DNA of 63,528 nt, counting the filler, from Asterionella formosa (taxonomy: Eukaryota): NCBI GenBank assembly GCA_002256025.1. It is 20 parts of 20 records of this genome, joined end to end, with 100 filler letters (N's around TTAATTAATTAA, not from the genome) between each part and the next. Parts side by side here need not be neighbours in the genome. Positions count along the whole stretch, not along the records: positions 23,871 to 43,657 come from NKIB01003557.1; positions 43,758 to 44,983 come from NKIB01003558.1; positions 45,084 to 46,301 come from NKIB01003559.1; positions 46,402 to 47,627 come from NKIB01003560.1; positions 47,728 to 48,953 come from NKIB01003561.1; 15 more parts are not named here. One strand, written 5' to 3'. The notes under the pieces were generated by a model. That model had not been told where the DNA came from, searched no databases, and was given only the letters and a program-made list of their open reading frames with translations. The translations under genes and the position numbers were made by a program. Every line of letters starts with the position of its first letter. Position 1 is the stretch's first letter. Shown one piece after another: positions 37,700 through 49,053 of this stretch.

Positions 37700-38350
37700 C
37701 ACCCCTTCAAAGAAGAAGTGAGGATATAGCAAATATTGTGGAGGTACAGCTCGGACACCAATCAAAAGCATATCTCTCAATTTCACCTTAGCTGTGTTGT
37801 CGAAATTGAGGTTTGTCTCATTATTATTGAAAATGCTGCCTGGAGGAAGTTGAATTGTACAAATATGTTTGTTGATACTACAGGCGACATAATCCCTGAT
37901 TTTCTCCTCGTTAAGCCTTGTGTTCTGGGCAACATGAGTCACATAACAATAAATTTTAATCAAATTTTATAGTACCTCAAAGCTACCTAATAATTGCACT
38001 TGGACCCAAGTAAATGGACACAATTAGCTAGTACCAGTTTTATTTGTCCATGTGATACAACTTCACCTGTCTTTTTGTCAGCTGCCCCCCCTCCCAGAAC
38101 CCTAGGGACTACATGAAAAAGACAGGAGGTGGAGAATGCAGGAATCAAACCCGCCACTACAGAAGGTATGCTAACCACTAAGCCATTCCCCAACACGAGT
38201 CACATAACAGATGATGATCTGCTCTTCAAGTGCCTCCAGCAACACAAGCATGTTTGTTCCCTAGGGGCCTCTTCAGCTCAAAACTTAGCATTCTAGCTAG
38301 TAGTAGTACAGGTCCTATCTTGGAGCCATAACTGCTTAAAAATAACCTTC
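37700..38350 (-). pseudogene. pogo-family (DDE_1) transposase remnant interrupted by SINE copy C
   Basis: VTHVAQNT...PPGSIFNNNETNLNFD resembles the pogo THxAQ...NMDET block. Removing the SINE and one TSD gives a continuous EQIICYVTHVAQNT. Confidence 0.65.
37949..38190 (-). mobile_element. tRNA-derived SINE, full-length copy C
   Basis: Minus strand (G)GGGAATGGCTTAGTGGTTAGC...GGTTTGATTCCTGCATTCTCCA head, shared body and AT-rich tail. 19-bp TSD caaca(t/c)gagtcacataaca at 37930-37948 and 38191-38209. Confidence 0.88.
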
Positions 38351-38909
38351 AAGCCTTCAAAGTCAGCAGTAGCACTACTTTTGGGGAGTGGCCCAGGTGA
38401 GCACCTTTCTTCACCAACTTCTCCTGCCTCTGAATGAATAACTCGTTTTGAATTTTTCTTTCTGCCACCACTGGCATAGGTGTGCAATATACACTTCCAG
38501 CTCCTGACTGAATGGGCTGAACTGAATATGCTCAGGCAGCTGCCTTCTATGCAAAATGATAAGAACAGCCCTTTATGTGTGGACAGGACATTTTGGATTT
38601 CCCCGAATTCATACAAGAATGCTGTGTACCTGTTATGGTACCACTTGTGCCACCCCCTTCGGTGTCCATGATGATGATATATCGGTAGATGCATAATGTT
38701 GACAATGTAATCCATACTCCGTGCCATTTATAAATGTACATAGTCTAGTACATACAGACATACAGTATTTAAAAAATAGCTATATTGTACCGAGCATAAT
38801 AAGATATACGTAGGATGTCAAAAACGGTGTGCTTTCACAGCCATTATGTCGTGCAGTCAAATAATTATGTACCGGTATTGTTTGGCGGTGCTATGTAGCA
38901 GATGGTCCA

Positions 38910-38968
38910 GTAAAACACGTTTTAAACTTAAAAACGGTCAAGCTAAATATCTCGATTACCGGCCCTTT
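38910..38968 (+). repeat. dispersed repeat R5, copy 2
   Basis: Matches 31818-31878. Confidence 0.75.
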
Positions 38969-39189
38969 CTATGAAACCTATCATGAATGCTATGTATGAG
39001 TGGGTGACGAACAGACCAAATCTATTCCGTCCTAGTACTACAGTAGAAACTACGTATGTTCTCTGGTACCGGTACTAGATATTCAGTACCGATAAGTTCC
39101 CGAAATCCACATGTGGATTATCACAAATCACGAAGCAGTGAAAAAGTCTCTGTCCTGCATGCATCGTGCAGACAATCCTATTTATTACG

Positions 39190-39241
39190 GGTCGCTTCGA
39201 TCTCCCTTGATTAACGGTCGCTTCGATCTCCCTTGATTAAC
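39190..39241 (+). repeat. 26-bp perfect tandem duplication upstream of PP2A B'
   Basis: ggtcgcttcgatctcccttgattaac occurs twice. Confidence 0.95.
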
Positions 39242-39305
39242 GAACTTCATTATTCGACCCTTGCATTCATTCATTTTATCAATAAGAGAATAATCTTATT
39301 CAACG

Positions 39306-41871
39306 ATGCGTCTGATGAAGAAAAAGGATCCCAACAAGGGAAAGGTCAAGGTACGATCAATCAGGTTTACCCGAAGTTTTCTCTGTTGTCGTCGCAAGGT
39401 ATTTTTCGTATTCCGTGTTTGTTGCTAAGTCACGATTCCTCATGTATTCGAAACGCGTGCGCGCCTGCCCTCCTACCGGTAGTCTACGTCTGCCGCATCC
39501 GCGCCCAATTTAATACCATTGCTCATTGTCGTAGTATCGCATGCTTCCCTCCTCGACGAAGAGTGGCTCAGCCATGTCATCGTAAAACAGCTTCTTCATA
39601 ATGGCAACATCACGAATGTCTCCACATACTTCTGATAATGTCTCGTCTGGAGGGTCGTGGCCGCCTCGAGCAAGCCCTCTTCCAAAGATCGACATCTTGG
39701 CATGTCCACCGGCCGGTAGCGTTCGCGGAGCGAGGCGGCAACTGAAAGGATCATCGCCGTCAAAGTTTCCGATAAGAAGAGCATCTTTGCCTCATCATTG
39801 GAGCTGGGTTTGTTCACCCACTATGGCAAACGCTCACATTTACGACGAGGACGCCTTTCATGAATGTGCCAGTTTGTCTGCTGAAGGAATGGACGAGTTA
39901 ACGGCCGTCCAACTGTTTTACCGGCAAGAGCCTAGCTCGGGCTTTTCGGAAAGGCTCAGTGAAGCCTTTTCGAATGGAACCCTCTTTCCTTACGTCTGGT
40001 CGCTCGTATCTGAACCTCTGTCGATGGACGAGGAGTCTTCCGTCATGAGGACGGAAGCATTCGTAAAACCTCCATTTCAGCCCGTAGAATTTTTGCTTCC
40101 TCTCGGGCCTTATCCAGCTACAACTCGGCAGAGGCGGTCAAAGCGAAGACCCCGAAGGAGCATGGGCAGGCAGAATGTGGTGAATGTTGTGGCGGACCAC
40201 ATGCATATCGAAGTGCTCAGAGCATTACTGGTGTGTTTTTCATTTTCAAATCTTTAGTTTCGCATTTTATACTTTCGTCATGCAATCAACCCTCTGGTGT
40301 TTATGTTTTGCACTCACATTCACCTTCTTTCTAATTCCCAAAAGTCACAAAATGAAGATCCACCAGCTGCCGTTGCTCCTGCTCAGAACAAGCCCTCTGC
40401 CCCTCGAACATCCCGTCGCCCACCTGCCCCTGCGAATAGCATGTCCATACCTACTCCTGGTGGCGCGCCGGCTCAAAGTCAGAAGCCCAACCCTGTCGCT
40501 CCGGTCCGATCACCTCCTATCCGCCCCGTATCCTCTCCGCCTTCTGTTACTTCTGAGGACGTAGTCATGCAGACACTCGGGGCTGACCGTTCGGCCTTGA
40601 AGGAGCTTCCTGCCTTGAGAGAAGCTGCACCGGCGAAGCGGGAGGAGCTGTTTGTTATGAAACTTAAGCTCTGTAGTGTCATTTTCTCCTTTGATGACCC
40701 CACGACCGACAAGAGAGGCAAGGACATGAAGCGTCAGACCTTATTGGAGTTGGTGGACTATGTCAATACTCCTGCTGGTCAGAAGATTTTCACGGAAAGC
40801 GTCATGGGCGACTTGATGGCTTGCGTCTCAGCCAATGTCTGCCGGGCCTTGCCTCCAGCTACAGATGACTTTGATCCTGAAGAAGACGAGCCGGTGTTGG
40901 AACCTGCTTGGCCTCACCTTCAAGTTGCGTATGAGTTCTTTTTGAGATTCATTGTTTCTTCGGAAGTCAATGCAAAAGCTGCCAAAAAGTATGTCGACCA
41001 GAAGTTTTGCCTTCAATTGGTTGAACTCTTTGATTCGGAAGATCCACGTGAACGTGACTATCTGAAAACAATTCTTCACCGTATTTACGGAAAATTCATG
41101 AGCCACCGTTCATTTATCCGGCGGGCCATTTCAAATGTATTTTATAGATTTGTCTACGAAACGGAGCGTCACAATGGTATAGGTGAACTGTTGGAGATCC
41201 TTGGTTCAATTATCAACGGCTTTGCAATCCCACTCAAAAAGGAGCATCTTCAATTCTTGGTGCGCGCGTTGATTCCGCTTCACAAACCCAAGTGTGTTGC
41301 CTTGTACCACCAACAATTGTCTTACTGCATTATTCAATACGTTGAAAAGGATGCAGATACAGCAACTCCCATTTTGAATGGATTCTTCAAATGCTGGCCA
41401 TGGTCCTGCTCTAACAAGCAAGTCATGTTTTTGAATGAACTAGAAGAGATTCTTGAACTTCTCGGTGCCGATCAGCTGGCCCAAGTTTCTACCATGTTAT
41501 TTACGAACTTGGCCCGTTGCCTTGATTCGGACCATTTTCAAGTTGTTGAGCGTGCGTTGTTTTTGTGGAATAATGAACACCTGGTCAATTCTGGTTGTCT
41601 GTCTCGCCTGAATGCCCAGACTGTTCTTCCCATTATCTACGGGCCTCTCTACAAGAATTCTAGTGGTCACTGGAATGCCACTGTTGAAGGGTTGGCGCAG
41701 AATGTCTTAAAAATGTACATGGAGTACGATCTTGTGCTATACGATAAATGCACAGCTTCTTATTTCCGGGAAGAAGAGGAAGCGAAGAGAAAGTTGGAAG
41801 CGATTGCCGAGAAGTGGGAATCCTTTGAAAAGCTGGCAATCGCGAATCAAGCAATTATCATGGCCAAGTAA
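39306..41871 (+). CDS. protein phosphatase 2A regulatory subunit B' (B56 family)
   Basis: FDPEEDEPVLEPAWPHLQ, LFDSEDPRERDYLKTILHRIYGKF and HFQVVERAL motifs in exon 40345-41871. First exon inferred as 39306-39350 (MRLMKKKDPNKGKVK|gtacga); the 5' structure is uncertain. Confidence 0.92.
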
Positions 41872-42434
41872 GAACGCAAGAGCGACTGCAGTGTGAAGGC
41901 TTTATTTTTAATTTGGACTATTTATTCCAAAAGATGAATCGATAAGAATATAGGAAGAACATTGTTACCTTGATTTCGTGCCTATAGTTGCTTCCTCTGC
42001 CGTAGACGTCCTATTGCTGAGCCCCTTGGTCCCTTTTCAGCAAGGGCAAACATGAAGATCAGCATGAGTGAGGCAGAAAATAAGAATGGTATTGTTGGGA
42101 AAGCAAACCAATATACCACTAAAAACTCAAGGTGTGGCAAGCAAACGAGTGACTCAATCACTTTTAAGTGGTTACGGCAACAGTATTAAGCTCAATGGGT
42201 AATCAATACAATAAATGAGAGCCGAAACCAGTGTCTTTCTCGTTTATTCGTTGATGCAACTCAACCGAGCAAAGGATATGGACTTTGTACAATATTGCGC
42301 AGATCTTGAGGAACAAAGATGAATGAAAGTATTTGTTAACTAGTTTAGTCATAGACATAGTCGGTTTCCTAATCGTCGTCGGAGCTGCACTCAGCGAGTC
42401 GAAAGGATTCAAGCTCCTGCCTGAGTGCATCAAC

Positions 42435-43657
42435 TTAAGAAGTCCTTGAGGTTCTATCAGCGGTGGCTGGTATTAGGCCGAATGAAGGCTCGTTTTTCGA
42501 GGAATTGCCGGTTGATCGTGTTTGAATGGTATCTCTCGCGTTTGCATGTACTCCTTCGCTGCCTTCAAAATTCTGGTTCTCGCTGATACGATCAAACTGC
42601 CCAGGGTATATCTCGTCGAAGACAGTTTTAAATAACTCCTTAAGGTCGAGAAAAAAGCTGGGACAGGGTATGGTGAACCAAAGCTGACGGGTCGGGATGG
42701 CGATATGTATAGTTGATCGGACCGAAATAGGTTCACTTTCTTTTGTAATGAATGCCGAGAAATCAATTCTAGGTAGGATTGACTTAATCTCTGCAATTTC
42801 CACCATCCAAACGATTGATCCAGTTCGAAGTGTGGTTCTTGCCCATCCAATTAGTACAATGTAGTCTCTTCCTTGTCGAAGGCTTTGTTCATCTTGACAC
42901 CAACGTCGAAAGCTGCCGCCATGAACAGTTCCGAAGGAGAATTGCCTGTCAACTTTTTCCTTCGAGGCCTTTGATTTTATCTCAAAACAGCTTCCACACT
43001 TCATGCACTTCAAATCCTTCCATGAGTTGGAACTTCCTCCACACCAACGAAGAGATTCTCGCATCTTGCAATGGTAACAAGCTTCAGCATGAACAGCGTG
43101 AGATGCAACAATTGCTTCAAATGCATTTCCTTCCATGAAACCCTCACTTCTATACGTCAATTCAAAGCTTCGATCAGCCTCAATTATCCCACGCACTCGG
43201 TCAAAATCATCTTCCGCTATCCAGAATCGTTGTAATGGATCCAGGTCATGCCCTTGGAATCGAGCAAATTGCCGCTTTTTACCAATAAATTCTTTCTTGG
43301 TCCAGTTGTCTGTACCAATGTAGAAAGGGGGTTCAAAAAGAATTGTTCCTACGTCGGAGTGCTTAAGTTTATGCTTCAATGCATCAGTGCAGCATCGACT
43401 TAAGATTCGTATATCATCGCTACAGTGTGCGCCTTCAACCTCGAGCCGGAAGATCAACTTGATCGCTTCCAACATATCCTTAGGGATTGTTTGCCATTCG
43501 TCTGTTGCCTCAATTTCCTGCCGGTGGCATTGTTGAAAAAATTCGAGCTGACTGCCACAGGACAGGCGTGAAGGGTATAGTAGACACGAGAGAGTACAGT
43601 ACTACAGTTAAAACCGTACAGCCGCTACCAAGAGTTACCTGGGCTGACGTGGTAAAA
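42435..43657 (-). CDS. DpnI/Dam-replacing (DRP)-like Zn-finger PD-(D/E)xK nuclease domain protein; 5'-truncated by contig end, probable intron
   Basis: E...CYHC...DLKCMKCGSCFEIKSK...VHGGSF parallels DpnI E...CPNC...DFYCNHCSEEFELKSK...INDGAY. Frame is open well upstream of ATG 43475; putative GT-AG intron 43638-43548. Confidence 0.65.
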
Positions 43658-43950
43658 NNNNNNNNNNNNNNNNNNNNNNNNNNNNNNNNNNNNNNNNNNN
43701 NTTAATTAATTAANNNNNNNNNNNNNNNNNNNNNNNNNNNNNNNNNNNNNNNNNNNNAGGCGGTGGAGAGGCTCAAACTTCAATTGGAGCAGGATCAGGA
43801 AAAAATTAATAATGTAATGCCATATTGGTAAATACCAATATAGAATAGCTTGTACTGATGTACCATGCGTCGTACCATCCATACAAGCAAATGCAATTAT
43901 ACTGCTGCTGTGGCCGCTGCTGTTGCTTTCCCATCAGGCAACATACAGTA

Positions 43951-44030
43951 AATTCTACACACGAGTGTACCACAGGACGGAATCCAGAATCCGTTCGTAT
44001 GCCATCCTTGATGTCGAAATCGGCAGAACG
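43951..44030 (+). repeat. dispersed repeat R1, copy 2
   Basis: Matches 628-712. Confidence 0.8.
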
Positions 44031-44266
44031 GCGTGATAAATAAAATTTTTAATTTTTATCATACACATACATATATATGCCGGTATTATGTTCAAGGAGC
44101 ATGGTGATATGGCACACTACCTGTAACCTGGTACCCTGCAAGTTGCGGTCATTTTGCCGAAAATGGAACGCGGCGCCGGCAAGCACTCATATTTTTACTC
44201 CCCGCTGATATTACTTTCGCGCTGGCCAATATATTTCATTATTATCAAAATCTAATTTTTAAGAAT

Positions 44267-44637
44267 AATTTTCCGAACTTGCTACGAATTTTCCGAACTT
44301 TCTACGATTAGGGGGGTTTCCCCCCAATCACAATTTTGAGTTTCAAGACTCCTTATTCCAGAAATCTCCTAGTTTATGTGCATTTCTATTTCGGTATAAG
44401 GCCCCGTCTTACGGCGCCCGAATTACGAAGATTCAGTCGCCCGGATACCTGTTGGGCGTTTAATCTTCGTATTTTCGTCCCTTGCGGACTAAATAACTCG
44501 CAAATCCCCCCCGATTACGAAGATTAATCTTCGTTTGCCCGAATATTTCGAGGGTCATCCCCGATATTGACCCAATCTTCGTATTTTCTTGAACAATCTT
44601 CGTTTCCCGAAGATTAATCTTCGGGCAAACGAAGATT
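44267..44637. repeat. array of CGAAGATT/AATCTTCG inverted motifs and palindromes
   Basis: Palindromes acgaagattaatcttcgt (44517-44534) and cccgaagattaatcttcggg (44606-44625); half-sites near 44424, 44462, 44574, 44595 and 44629; tandem aattttccgaactt(g/t)ctacga at 44267-44308. Confidence 0.85.
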
Positions 44638-46401
44638 GTCTCCACCAATCAGAATGGCGGAAACAATATATAATCGTCATCACATATACTGATGATATAG
44701 CATTCGATACTTCGATACTTCGATACTTCTATTGTAGTATTATTGTCATTATTATTACTGTAGATATTATTAATATAATAATTCTTACTTTTAATATTTT
44801 TGTTTTATGATAATAATTTGTAACATGATGACTCCGCTGTTGAAATTGCGTCCCGAAGCACTCTATGCTTTCTTGTATCCTGTAAGGACACGTCAGGGAC
44901 CAAATAGGCTGTAGATATAACAACGATGTCTCCGTGATCGATTGTAATCGTTCCTAAGAGTTTTAATAGAATTATGGGTTTTTNNNNNNNNNNNNNNNNN
45001 NNNNNNNNNNNNNNNNNNNNNNNNNNNTTAATTAATTAANNNNNNNNNNNNNNNNNNNNNNNNNNNNNNNNNNNNNNNNNNNNATATTGCTCAAAATCCG
45101 CCCTCTTACCCATAAAGTAGCATCCAATGTGAGGGGCTTTTTCATGATCCCTTTTACTAAACTGTTGCAGCCTTTGGAGGCTTGTTGGCTTCAATATCTA
45201 AGTAAATATGAAATAGTATACCAGTAGTATTTCGAGTTGCACGGGAATCATAAATTTGTACATTTTGGTTGAACATCCTTGGGATATGAATGATCTCTGA
45301 TCGAAAATCCGTCCTAAAAATTAGTTGCTCGGCATTCGCGGCAATTCTTATGTTCAACACAGAAATGGGGACGAGTGCAGTACTGTTTCTACATAATTCG
45401 AAACACAATGATCCAGGGTACCTATGTATTACTTGTAAAAATCAACCCAGGTTGTATTTTTCTGTAGGCCTCAAGTATCGTTCTACTGCGGATGGTAAAA
45501 TACCTTGACGGTATTTTTCCGTACTTGATCACGAGAAAATACAGTATTGCACAACAAAGAAAAAATCAACCCGGTTGCATTGACGGTTGATTTTGTACTC
45601 CCTTTTTGGTTGAAAAATCAACTCTGATTAGTCGTAGAAAGGCCGGGATGTGCGTGATGATGCATAAAAATATGCACATGAAGCAAGATGGTGGTACCAG
45701 GTACCTGGTACTCAGCTTACCGGCAAGTTGCGGTAATTTTGCTAAACGAGCAGTATCCAAACTTTAGTGCTACATACGTCATCGTGCTGGCAATAGTGAT
45801 TCCAATTCCAAATTGATTCATGTGTATCTCTTTTGATTTTTCATTTAATAAACCACCTGACCACCTGGTTGTTTGGAATTGTCTGTAACTTTAATCTGAT
45901 TTAGCCTACAATATTGAGACCTAGGATTTTTTACTTATTCTGCCAGTTGGTACCATAGTAGCTAGGATTTGCTTAATGTTTGACCATTTTGATTAAAGTA
46001 TCAATTTCCCTTGATGTGTGATGTCATCATTTCAACCCAAATGCCATCACAGCCACATACCAACATAACACTGAAGTTAATGATGATACAACATACCGGT
46101 AAACATAAGGTGAAGTAAGCAATGTATTGCCCATGAAACATGCAATATATCATACACCTTTTGATGGATTCATATACAGGGTACCTGAGGTAGCCCACAT
46201 AGGCACTAGAATGTAATTATTTAGCTTAGATTATGCTTTTTCTATATTTAATACACTACAGTGTAGTCATTCTGAATGGCTGGAGAGCGAATATTGCATA
46301 ANNNNNNNNNNNNNNNNNNNNNNNNNNNNNNNNNNNNNNNNNNNNTTAATTAATTAANNNNNNNNNNNNNNNNNNNNNNNNNNNNNNNNNNNNNNNNNNN
46401 N

Positions 46402-47627
46402 AGCCCCAATGTGAACACTCGCGGAGGGTTCCCAACTCGGGGCACGGACAAAACAGGGATGTTGCCCTGGCCTTCGCCTTACATTCTCATGGTGGACCGA
46501 GGTGGGTGCACCTTTGTGAACAAGGTCAGGAACGCGCAAAGATCTGGTGCGGCCGGAGTCATCATTGCTGATAATACTTGTCTTTGCAGCGCTGTCGACT
46601 CCTGCACTTCCACGGCAGGCGTGGCATGTGAAACGCGGGAACCGATCATGGCAGACGATGGATCTGGCTCGGATATTTCGATTCCCTCCTTTCTCATTTT
46701 CAAGCAAGACGCTGACCCTATCATTGCCGAGATGAAGGCTAACCATGTGGTTCGTGTCGAGATGTCTTGGTCGCTTCCCAACCCTGATGCGCGGGTCGAG
46801 TACGAGCTTTGGACTACACCAACAGACACGGTTAGCCGTGAATTCCAGCGTCAGTTTAAGGAAGCTGCCATTGCTCTTGATAGCCATGCATACTTCACTC
46901 CTCACATGTACATTTATGACGGATTGAAGTCTGGTTGCCAGGACTCGAAAGGCGAGAACCAGTGCTACAACCTCTGTACCAACAACGGAAGGTACTGCGC
47001 CACTGACCCTGACAATGATTTGGACAAGGGCATTTCCGGGGCTGATGTTGTCAAGGAGAGCCTGCGTCGTCACTGTATTTGGAAACTCTACGGAGAAAAC
47101 AATGGAATTGGAAAGGAATGGTGGGACTATGTTAACGAGTTCATGTTTAGGTGTGACAATGAAATGTTCTTTGCCAACGACGAATGCGCCAATGATTGTT
47201 TTAGCCACGCCAATATTGAGCCAGGAAAGATCGATAGCTGCATGAAAGATTCCGGAGGACTAGAAGGTGACAACACAAATACCATATTGGAAGTTCAGCT
47301 TGCCGATAAAGATGCTAGCGGTGTTGTCATACTTCCTGCTGCCTACGTAAACTCTGTTCCAATTCGTGGATCACTCGAGTTTGCCACTATTTTTAAGGCC
47401 ATATGTGCCGGTTACGTCAAAGGATCCGAGCCCACTGTCTGCAAGAAATGCGCGGGTTGTGTGGACGAGTTCAAATGTGTCGTCGATGGCAAGTGCCCAG
47501 GGGCTCCCGGCGCAGTATCAGTGCCAGTCTTCGCTACCTCACTGGCTGTATTGGTTGCTGTCTTTTGCTGCTGCGGTTTAATCCAATGGAGCCGTAGTCA
47601 ATCACAGATGAGAAATCAAGTGAAGGG
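46402..47627 (+). CDS. vacuolar sorting receptor (BP-80/VSR family), internal fragment
   Basis: PA domain MVDRGGCTFVNKVRNAQRSGAAGVIIAD; RVEYELW, FTPHMY, CTNNGRYCATDPDNDLDKGISGADVVKESLRRHC; C-terminal TM helix. Open across the whole contig. Confidence 0.93.
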
Positions 47628-47727
47628 NNNNNNNNNNNNNNNNNNNNNNNNNNNNNNNNNNNNNNNNNNNNTTAATTAATTAANNNNNNNNNNNNNNNNN
47701 NNNNNNNNNNNNNNNNNNNNNNNNNNN

Positions 47728-48953
47728 TTTTACCAGCTTAGTAAAATAGTTGACAACGCTTTGGTGTTCCTGTGGTAAATTTCCCACATCAAAACTCTCT
47801 TTACTAAACCAGGCATTGTAGCAGAGCATCCCTTCGAATAGACCTTGAAAGTTTTGAATTTCTTGATTGGTCATACCACTTTCTTCTCGGCAGATTTTGA
47901 TTCCAGCATCACATGCCATGACAACACAGGCAATAAGCATCACTCCGATTCTTTCGTTAGCAGTTATTTTCGTTTTGCAACCATGAAAACCGAAATTGAA
48001 GGAACAACGAGGAAGGTCTCGGTCACTCTGGTGAAGGAAGAGTTTAGATATTTTGTTGAACAACTGGTCAAACAGTTTTCGATTGGAATTACCCTTTACT
48101 GTTTTGGGACGCCCGATCATATAAGAATATAGCTCCATGAGGTGATCCATTATTCCTTCTTGAATGGAATGGAGTTTTTCAGGAGGAACATGCCCATTAA
48201 CACCAAGAGGATCGCCACCAAAACACAACTGATACCAAAAGGGATAGATGAATCTTTGGCTCACCTTATCCAATAAATCTTTTATGCCCCGGATTAATAG
48301 TTCCTCGTAATCAATCTGACCTACAGGACTGCATTCATGAGATGGATTGTCCGTTTGATCAAACGGACAATCACATTCACGACACATTCTGGCAGTCTTT
48401 AGATATGTTTTCTTTCGTCCGCATTGTCCATCTAAACCTTCAGCATCACCGAGAATTAGACCAACCGGAACTTTCACATTAAGTGTAAATTGATTGCCTC
48501 CGAAATTGAAAATGTGTTTGAATCCACCAGCTTGTTGGACATTCTTGACCCCCTCAAGAATCACACCAAGGACAGCGTGATAATCGAATTCCTTTTGATC
48601 AGGGGTTAGGGACTGGATTTCAGATAGACTTGATGAGGTCAGCTTTGGGATCAATCCGATTGGCCGCCATGCATTGACCTTATTTCTTACATTGGTAGTA
48701 AAAATACCAAGTGACATTAGGACAGGCTCCATTGTGTACTTTCCTTTTTCAACCGTGTGTGTCTTGTCAATAAAGAACATTAGTGGAACAAGGAAGTCAT
48801 TTGGCTGAGAACATAAATATTCATGGGCATCTATCCACCAGGTACCAGTGTGAAATTCGGATCTGACACTGGTGGGTTGTGGTGCTTTACACGGATTGAC
48901 GAAATCAAATGACACATTTTGTGGTGACATTAGTGTGTCATTTGTCAAGAGAT
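47728..48953 (-). mobile_element. Plavaka-type transposase, internal fragment with open frame
   Basis: Uninterrupted frame across the contig, closely paralogous to about 28105-29298. Confidence 0.82.
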
Positions 48954-49053
48954 NNNNNNNNNNNNNNNNNNNNNNNNNNNNNNNNNNNNNNNNNNNNTTA
49001 ATTAATTAANNNNNNNNNNNNNNNNNNNNNNNNNNNNNNNNNNNNNNNNNNNN

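Noticed and set aside
38130..38191. Functional tRNA-Ala gene
   Set aside because: Only about 62 nt with no proper anticodon arm; embedded in a TSD-flanked repeat, so treated as a SINE head.
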